A stretch of DNA of 55,028 bases from an uncultured Thermoplasmata archaeon. Lineage in GTDB: Archaea; Thermoplasmatota; Poseidoniia; MGIII; CG-Epi1. The stretch's first letter is position 1. The number at the start of each line of letters is the position of its first letter. The stretch spans positions 1-55,028 of the forward strand of contig CAXEHI010000047.1 of the NCBI GenBank assembly GCA_963996465.1, written 5' to 3'. This document shows positions 48,355 to 55,028 of this stretch, in pieces. The translations under genes and the position numbers were made by a program. A model generated the notes under the pieces. That model did no database searches. It worked only from the letters and a program-made list of their open reading frames with translations, and was not told the DNA's origin.

Positions 48355-51198
48355 ATGAGTAATCATTCTAAACATCCTGACATTTTTGATCATAGACACA
48401 TCGGGCCAAACGATTCTCAAATTCAGTCCATGCTTAAAACTATAGATTATAATTCCTTAAATGACTTAATAGATACAACCATACCACCTTCCATAAGATT
48501 CAATCACCCCACTCCCGAAAGTTTCAACGAAGGTCCCAAAAGCGAATTCGAAACATTAAGAGATTTAGAAACTTTAGGATCTCATAATAAAATTTTCAAC
48601 TCGTACATCGGTATGGGTTATAATGATTGCATAACTCCACCTGTAATTCAACGTAATATATTGGAAAATCCAGGGTGGTATACTCAATACACTCCATACC
48701 AAGCTGAAATATCACAAGGCCGTTTGGAAGCTCTTTTAAATTTTCAAACTATGATTATGGACTTAACCGGCATGGGGTTTGCTAATGCTTCTTTGCTAGA
48801 TGAATCAACTGCAGCTTCTGAAGCAATGACAATGGCTTATAATCTTACCAATCATTCTAACACTTTAATAATTTCAAATAGATGCCATCCTCAAACAATC
48901 AACGTAGTAAAAACTAGAGCGGAACCTCTAGGTATCGAAGTAAAAGTCATAGATCATAACACCACATCTCAAATAAGTGATTTTTTCGGCATCATTTTAC
49001 AATATCCTTGCACCGAAGGTAGCGTAGAGGATTATTCTCAAATTTCAAAAATAGCCCATGATAATGATGCTCTTGTAATAGTTTGTGCAGATATTCTTTC
49101 TCTTACTCTTTTAACTCCACCTAGTGATTTTGGTGCAGACATAGTAGTTGGTAACACCCAAAGATTCGGTATGCCTCTCGGTTTCGGAGGCCCCCATGCA
49201 GCCTTTTTCGCTACCCATGATAAATACAAAAGACGAACGCCAGGTAGAGTTGTCGGCGTTTCAAAGGATTCGAACGATAATTATGCTTTAAGATTAGCAT
49301 TACAAACTAGAGAACAACATATACGCAGAGATAAGGCTACAAGCAATATCTGTACTGCACAGGTTCTGCCAGCTATAGTTGCTAGCATGTATGCAGTTTA
49401 TCACGGCCCTCAGCGTTTAAAACAGATTGCAGTTTATGTTAACAATCTAGCCACATCGTTAGCCACTAAACTATCTTCTATGGGATATGATTTATCTCAT
49501 TCTCAATTCTTTGATACCTTGTGTGTAAAAACTGCCCACACTTCAAAAATCATTTCAAGAGCCATTGAAAAAGAAGTGAATTTAAGAGAATTAAATAATA
49601 ATTCAATCACAATTTCTTTGGATGAAAAAACCACAGAACAGGATATTTCCGAACTCTTAAATATTTTTAATTTCGATGACAAATCATTATCTAATGAAAT
49701 CATTTCTGACAGCTTTATATTAGCTAAAAATCTGTGTCGTAACTCTGCTTACCTTGAAAATCAAGTTTTTAATTCATACCATTCTGAAACCGAACTTTTA
49801 CGATATATATTCAAACTACAGAATAGAGATTTATCTTTGACAAGTAGTATGATTCCTCTCGGCTCATGTACTATGAAATTAAATTCCACCACTGAAATGA
49901 TGCCAATTACTTGGAAGTGTTTTTCAGATATACATCCATTCGCACCTTCAGAACAAACAGGAGGATATCAAACTCTAATATCTTCTTTAGGGGATTGGTT
50001 AGTAGATCTCACAGGTTTAGATGAAATCTCTTTTCAACCAAACGCAGGTTCGCAGGGTGAATACGCGGGGTTACTCGCAATACGCAATTATCATATCTCC
50101 AAAAATCAACCCAATCGAAATGTTTGTCTAATCCCAATTTCTGCACACGGAACAAATCCTGCAAGTGCCATTATGGCAGGAATGAAAGTAGTCCCAGTTT
50201 CTTGCGATAATCAAGGAAATATAGATATATCAGATTTAACCGATAAAATAGAAGAAAATTCTGCAAATCTTGCCGGTATTATGATTACTTACCCCTCAAC
50301 ACATGGTGTTTTTGAAGAATCTATAGTTTCCGTTTGCGACATGATTCATTCCAGTGGAGGATTAGTTTACATGGATGGTGCAAATTTTAACGCTATGGCC
50401 GGCGTTTGCCGACCTGGAGATTTAGGTGTGGATGTATGTCATCTCAATTTGCACAAAACTTTCTGTATACCTCACGGCGGCGGTGGACCAGGCATGGGCC
50501 CAATCGTAGTTCAAAAAGATTTAATTCCTTTCTTACCAGGAGATTCTCTTAATGGTTCTGGAGCCATCTCTTCATCTTCTCTAAGTAGCGCTTTAATCTT
50601 AACTATTCCTTGGGCTTATATTTCAATGATGGGGTGGTCAGGTTTAACTAAAGCTACTAAAATCGCTATCTTAAATGCCAATTATATTGCCCATCGTTTG
50701 AAGAATGCATACCCTATATTGTTCACAGGCAATGAGGGTTTAGTTGCCCATGAATGTATTTTAGATATTAGGGATATTACCGAAAATACAGACGTGACTG
50801 TAGAGGATATAGCAAAAAGATTAATCGATTATGGTTTTCATGCACCAACAATGTCATGGCCCGTTAGTGGTACATTAATGATAGAGCCAACAGAATCAGA
50901 ATCTAAGAAAGAATTAGATTCTTTTTGTGATACACTTTTACTGATTAGAAAAGAGATAGAAGATATCGAAAATAAAAAAATATCAGTTTTAGATAGTCCA
51001 CTTCGAAATTCTCCCCACACTGCAAAACAGATAGCATCTGAAGACTGGCCCCATCAGTACTCAAGAGAAACTGCGGCTTTTCCGATGATAGATTCTTCAG
51101 ATAATAAATTCTGGCCACACGTCGGACGAGTAGACAACGTTCATGGCGATAGAAATTTAATCTGCTCCTGTAATCTGATGGAAGATTATTTGGAGTAA
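48355..51198 (+). CDS. gcvP: Glycine dehydrogenase (decarboxylating), single-chain P protein
   Basis: [51 protein letters not shown]. Confidence 0.97.
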   Translation: MSNHSKHPDIFDHRHIGPNDSQIQSMLKTIDYNSLNDLIDTTIPPSIRFNHPTPESFNEGPKSEFETLRDLETLGSHNKIFNSYIGMGYNDCITPPVIQRNILENPGWYTQYTPYQAEISQGRLEALLNFQTMIMDLTGMGFANASLLDESTAASEAMTMAYNLTNHSNTLIISNRCHPQTINVVKTRAEPLGIEVKVIDHNTTSQISDFFGIILQYPCTEGSVEDYSQISKIAHDNDALVIVCADILSLTLLTPPSDFGADIVVGNTQRFGMPLGFGGPHAAFFATHDKYKRRTPGRVVGVSKDSNDNYALRLALQTREQHIRRDKATSNICTAQVLPAIVASMYAVYHGPQRLKQIAVYVNNLATSLATKLSSMGYDLSHSQFFDTLCVKTAHTSKIISRAIEKEVNLRELNNNSITISLDEKTTEQDISELLNIFNFDDKSLSNEIISDSFILAKNLCRNSAYLENQVFNSYHSETELLRYIFKLQNRDLSLTSSMIPLGSCTMKLNSTTEMMPITWKCFSDIHPFAPSEQTGGYQTLISSLGDWLVDLTGLDEISFQPNAGSQGEYAGLLAIRNYHISKNQPNRNVCLIPISAHGTNPASAIMAGMKVVPVSCDNQGNIDISDLTDKIEENSANLAGIMITYPSTHGVFEESIVSVCDMIHSSGGLVYMDGANFNAMAGVCRPGDLGVDVCHLNLHKTFCIPHGGGGPGMGPIVVQKDLIPFLPGDSLNGSGAISSSSLSSALILTIPWAYISMMGWSGLTKATKIAILNANYIAHRLKNAYPILFTGNEGLVAHECILDIRDITENTDVTVEDIAKRLIDYGFHAPTMSWPVSGTLMIEPTESESKKELDSFCDTLLLIRKEIEDIENKKISVLDSPLRNSPHTAKQIASEDWPHQYSRETAAFPMIDSSDNKFWPHVGRVDNVHGDRNLICSCNLMEDYLE

Positions 51199-51200
51199 AC

Positions 51201-51458
51201 ATGACGGATTCCGATTTAAAACCAATTAAAATATACGGCACAACTTGGTGTGGCGATTGTCACCGTTCTACAGATTTCCTAGACAAACATAATATTTCTT
51301 ATGTTTGGATCAACATAGAAGATGATGATGATGCTAGAGAGACTGCCGTCGCATTGAACGACGGAGTTCAAAGAGTCCCCGTAATAGTTTTCCCTGATAA
51401 TTCCGTCTTAGTTGAGCCAACAAATTCCGACTTGGAACTCAAATTAGGCCTTAACTAA
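51201..51458 (+). CDS. Glutaredoxin-like (mycoredoxin/NrdH-type) protein
   Basis: YGTTWCGDC, VP, F.D...L.EP. Confidence 0.85.
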   Translation: MTDSDLKPIKIYGTTWCGDCHRSTDFLDKHNISYVWINIEDDDDARETAVALNDGVQRVPVIVFPDNSVLVEPTNSDLELKLGLN

Positions 51459-51539
51459 GTTTTTTATGCTCGTTTCAGAGTGTTGCACCGGTCAACTATA
51501 AATATCGGCCCACGATATTATGGTAAGCTGGAGAATATA

Positions 51540-52421
51540 ATGAAAAATAATCCTCTGAGAGCGTTTCTGCTTGTTGTCCTAGTATTAGGCTCAACAATGT
51601 TAGTTTACGTGCCAACGAGCTCTTCACAGCTAGCAGCTGTTTCTTTCTCGATAGAGGTAGCTGATGCTAGCGTTCAACTCGATGTCCGTCCAGGTTCTAG
51701 CGGCGTTGGCTGTACTTCTATGACTATAACTAATCAAGGTACTGCAAACATAGATGTGGACATTCAACTCAGTGGTGGGGGAGTTACCATTTCTCCTTCT
51801 TCAACTTCTGTTACTTTGAGTGCCGGTGCTGATGCTACAGTGCCTGTATGTGCTCTTGCATTAACACAATCTTCATACAAGAATGTAGACGTTTCAATTG
51901 TGGCACAAGGAAAGGAATCTAATACTCAAACTTTCACAGTTACTAAATATGCAGGATTCACAGCACAGATTCTTCAATACGCAAGATTAGCAATTAGAGC
52001 TGATGCCCCATTTATCAGAATAGGCCCTGGCAGTGATTACATACAAACATACACTATAGTTAACTATGGAAATTACATCGATACAATACTAATTGAGGTT
52101 CTAAATCAGGACGATTTAGAAGAGTCTGGTTTTACACTAGCTCTCGGTCAGTCTCAATGGCAAGTTGATTCTTTGGGTGAACAAGTCGTTCCAATAACTC
52201 TACAAACTCCTCGTGGAACTGTTTTGGGGTGGTTTAATGAATATCACACTGTGATTGTTAAAGCTTCAACAACACTTTCTGGTGAAAACGAAGCTCGAAC
52301 TGTAACATCAACTCTTTGGATTAGAGGGGTTTTCATTCCAGGTTTCGATCCTATGTTCAGTATCATGGCATTAGCGTTCCTCGCATCTATACTCGGTAGA
52401 GTAAAGATAGAAGAAGAATAG
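51540..52421 (+). CDS. PGF-CTERM surface protein with two Ig-like domains (choice-of-anchor T-like)
   Basis: Signal peptide; NQGT and NYGNYID motifs; C-terminal IPGFDP + TM + basic residues. Confidence 0.75.
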   Translation: MKNNPLRAFLLVVLVLGSTMLVYVPTSSSQLAAVSFSIEVADASVQLDVRPGSSGVGCTSMTITNQGTANIDVDIQLSGGGVTISPSSTSVTLSAGADATVPVCALALTQSSYKNVDVSIVAQGKESNTQTFTVTKYAGFTAQILQYARLAIRADAPFIRIGPGSDYIQTYTIVNYGNYIDTILIEVLNQDDLEESGFTLALGQSQWQVDSLGEQVVPITLQTPRGTVLGWFNEYHTVIVKASTTLSGENEARTVTSTLWIRGVFIPGFDPMFSIMALAFLASILGRVKIEEE

Positions 52422-52478
52422 AGTTTTCTTAGCTAGGCATTACTAATCCTTTTAAGGTGTAGCTCCAGCTCTATTATT

Positions 52479-52889
52479 ATGGAGCATTCTTGTGGCATAG
52501 TTTTATTCCATGAAAACAAAGTTCTTCTTTTAAAATACAAAGGAGGAGGCCATTGGGATTTTCCCAAAGGGCACATAGAAAACAACGAATCTGAAACGGA
52601 AACGGCATTAAGGGAATTAAAAGAAGAAACGGGCATTTCTGAGGTAACTTTATTTTCAGATTTTCGGGAAATAATAGAATACTCCTTCCGCAAGGGCCGT
52701 TCGACTATCAAAAAGCAAGTTATTTATTTCCTAGGAGAAACAGAAGAAACTAACATCACTCTTAGTCATGAACATACCAATTTTCTCTGGGCAAATTCCG
52801 ATAACGCCCTTCATACTATTACTTATCAAAAATCAAAATCGATTCTAAACAAGGCGTTGATATCTAGAAAAGAAATGTCAAATATATGA
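52479..52889 (+). CDS. NUDIX hydrolase, Ap4A hydrolase-like
   Basis: HWDFPKGH..E...ETALRELKEETG, LSHEH. Confidence 0.9.
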   Translation: MEHSCGIVLFHENKVLLLKYKGGGHWDFPKGHIENNESETETALRELKEETGISEVTLFSDFREIIEYSFRKGRSTIKKQVIYFLGETEETNITLSHEHTNFLWANSDNALHTITYQKSKSILNKALISRKEMSNI

Positions 52890-52928
52890 ATAGATAGTTT
52901 TTAATTCTTGATACTCAGACTGGTAAGT

Positions 52929-53573
52929 ATGAAAGAGTATTTTGAACGGTTATCTATTCAAATCGGTTCTTATTTAGACAATACAGAAAAGAAACTTTTC
53001 AAATTAACTAATGCTACTAAATCATCTGAGAAAACCGCCATTAGTACGGCTTTCAATTTTTTTATTGTAATGGTAGTAGTTTTGCCTATTGATCTATTAT
53101 TTCAACACCTGACTCGTGCAGATAATTCTCTTTTATTTTTTCAGAAAATTGTAGCTAGGTTTGTTTACCACACTGAAAAATTAATGGGCATCGATGTTTC
53201 ATTAACAGGTGTTCATCAAACAGAACTTTCATATGCAGAAATTCCAATTAATTTAGAGATAGTATCTCAATGTACTGGTTTACATGAAACTCTATTTTTG
53301 GGGTTGCTAGTTATCTGTTTCAGAGGGGTAAATCCCTATGTTCGTTTGAAATGGGCAGGTATTTTTGCTGTTTTAATCTTTATAGAAAATGCAATCCGTA
53401 TAATCTCTTTTTACCCCGTAACACAAGCTTACGATTTTCAAACGTGGGACAAACTTCATTATTTTTGGTGGCACACAGGTCAATATGCTCTTCTAATGAC
53501 TGCATTTATCCTTTGGGTTTCGATAGTGGCTAATAATCCCGATAATAGAACTAAATTTCAGTCCAATTCATGA
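52929..53573 (+). CDS. Archaeosortase/exosortase family protein
   Basis: Multi-TM; IVSQCTG (Cys), NAIR (Arg), LH (His) triad. Confidence 0.8.
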   Translation: MKEYFERLSIQIGSYLDNTEKKLFKLTNATKSSEKTAISTAFNFFIVMVVVLPIDLLFQHLTRADNSLLFFQKIVARFVYHTEKLMGIDVSLTGVHQTELSYAEIPINLEIVSQCTGLHETLFLGLLVICFRGVNPYVRLKWAGIFAVLIFIENAIRIISFYPVTQAYDFQTWDKLHYFWWHTGQYALLMTAFILWVSIVANNPDNRTKFQSNS

Positions 53574-54175
53574 CCCATTCTTTCTGATTTAGTTTTCAAA
53601 TATTCTTTATTCTCTTTATTCGGTATGGTTTTGTGAGGTATTCTTTTTACTTCAAATCCATTACTTCTCAAATCTTCTACTTTAGCTGGATTATTAGTCA
53701 TTAAAATTATTTTAGAAACACTCATCGATTTTAATATCCTAGCTGCTGCTTCATATTCACGAAGCTCTCCTTCAAATCCTAATTTTTCATTAGCTTCTAC
53801 AGTATCCATACCTTCATCTTGTAGGTTATATGCGTGTAATTTATTCACTAATCCTATTCCGCGACCCTCTTGTCTCAAATACACAATCATTCCCTTTCCT
53901 TCTTTCGCAATTTTTTCCATTGCACTTTCTAATTGTATTCCACAATCACATCTTTTTGAATAAAAAGTGTCTCCAGTTAAACATTCAGAATGCACTCTAA
54001 CTAACACTTCTCCTTCTGTAATATCTCCCATAATTATTGCCAAATGCTCCCTATTTTCCTCTTCTCCAGGAAAAGCAATTATTCTAAATTCCCCATATTT
54101 AGTTGGCAATCTGGCTGAAACTAACTCATTCATTTCACCTTCAATATTTTCTATGTCCGTTTCTGAAAATTCCAT
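53558..54175 (-). CDS. ribA: GTP cyclohydrolase II
   Basis: RVHSECLTGD, RCDCG, QEGRGIGL, MTNNP.K. Confidence 0.96.
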   Translation of the reverse strand: MEFSETDIENIEGEMNELVSARLPTKYGEFRIIAFPGEEENREHLAIIMGDITEGEVLVRVHSECLTGDTFYSKRCDCGIQLESAMEKIAKEGKGMIVYLRQEGRGIGLVNKLHAYNLQDEGMDTVEANEKLGFEGELREYEAAARILKSMSVSKIILMTNNPAKVEDLRSNGFEVKRIPHKTIPNKENKEYLKTKSERMGHELD

Positions 54176-54243
54176 TTTTCACCAGTTATTCACCATTTTA
54201 TTCCGACTAAAAGAAGGTTCGCCTCATCTTCTTTTTGTAAAGT

Positions 54244-54603
54244 TTAGAACATATTCAATTTTACCCTGGCTTCGTCACTCATCATATCCATATTCCAAGG
54301 CGGATCAAACGTTACTTCAACCTTTGCACTTTTCGTTTCATTCATAGCTTCTACTTTTTTTCTAACTTCTTCAGGCAAAGATTCAGCTACTGGACAGAAC
54401 GGCGATGTTAGCGTCATATTTATTTTAACATCATTTTCTTTATCAATGTCTATCGAATATATCAATCCAAGATCAAAAATATTTACAGGTATTTCAGGAT
54501 CGTAAATAGTTTTAATAATTTCTATTATTTTTAATTCTTCTTTATTATATTCTATTTTTTTTGGTTTTTTAGCCTCTTTCCATTCTATATCTTCTTTTGA
54601 CAT
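54244..54603 (-). CDS. DUF59/SufT Fe-S cluster assembly protein
   Basis: DPEIPVNI.DLGL, MTLTSP.CP, FDPPW. Confidence 0.92.
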   Translation of the reverse strand: MSKEDIEWKEAKKPKKIEYNKEELKIIEIIKTIYDPEIPVNIFDLGLIYSIDIDKENDVKINMTLTSPFCPVAESLPEEVRKKVEAMNETKSAKVEVTFDPPWNMDMMSDEARVKLNMF

Positions 54604-54605
54604 TT

Positions 54606-55028
54606 TTATTCCATTTCTTTAATTGCATTATTCATTGTGTGCCATGATAAAGTAGCACACTTCACTCGTGCTGGGAATTCTTTTACACCTTCAAACACTT
54701 TCAATTTCCCTAGCTCTTCATAATCTCCTTCATCTTCTGTAAGCATTGAATGAAATTTCTCAAATATTTCTTCAACATCTTCTATTTTTTTCCCTATAAT
54801 AACTTCAGTCATCATAGAACTAGATGCCATAGTTATGGCACAACCTTCTCCTTTAAATTTTATATCTGATATTTTTTCATCCTCAATAATTAGATATAAT
54901 ATTATATTGTCTCCACACAGGGGATTATCTCCGTCTCTCCTAATAGTACATGGCTCAAGTTCACCATAATTTCTAGGACTTTGATTATGATCAAGAATAA
55001 CTTCTTGATACAGGTCTCTCAAACTCAA
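54606..55028 (-). CDS. sufU: SufU/IscU-type Fe-S scaffold
   Basis: LYQEVILDH, NPLCGD, GCAI..AS, PARVKCATL. TTG start sits at the window edge. Confidence 0.92.
   Translation of the reverse strand: MSLRDLYQEVILDHNQSPRNYGELEPCTIRRDGDNPLCGDNIILYLIIEDEKISDIKFKGEGCAITMASSSMMTEVIIGKKIEDVEEIFEKFHSMLTEDEGDYEELGKLKVFEGVKEFPARVKCATLSWHTMNNAIKEME

Noticed and set aside
1-55028. Numerous 60-145 aa antisense or alternate-frame ORFs; CRISPR, rRNA, tRNA introns, Sec/Pyl readthrough
   Set aside because: The small ORFs lie within well-supported genes and lack motifs. No repeat-spacer arrays, rRNA-like stretches, BHB introns or in-frame stops within conserved genes were seen.

Overview
AT-rich, gene-dense archaeal chromosome segment. 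Gene content points to Thermoplasmatota, most consistent with Marine Group III/II-like archaea (an inference, not a database result). Core genes include hisS, rpoK-eno-rps2, rpl44e-rps27e-aIF2a-nop10-PAC2, thrS, rps12-rps7-EF2-EF1a-rps10, TFS, EF1b and three intron-less tRNAs (His-GTG, Ser-TGA, Thr-CGT). Lipid genes include a clustered modified archaeal mevalonate pathway (MVK, UbiD-type AMPD, fused AcnX PMD, UbiX), GGGP synthase, two geranylgeranyl reductases and a bacterial-type PlsC acyltransferase. There is also an archaeosortase with two PGF-CTERM substrates and several bacterial-type metabolic genes. No CRISPR, rRNA or mobile element was seen. The most notable observations are: (i) an ABC-2 operon encoding a cytoplasmic beta-propeller/helical/appendage-like protein reminiscent of coat/BBSome subunits; (ii) two apparent CTG-initiated genes flanking tRNA-Thr; (iii) a duplicated promoter plus lipoprotein signal cassette in front of two unrelated secreted enzymes; (iv) PlsC placed after rps2; (v) a membrane-anchored SRPBCC-SDR fusion in the mevalonate operon.
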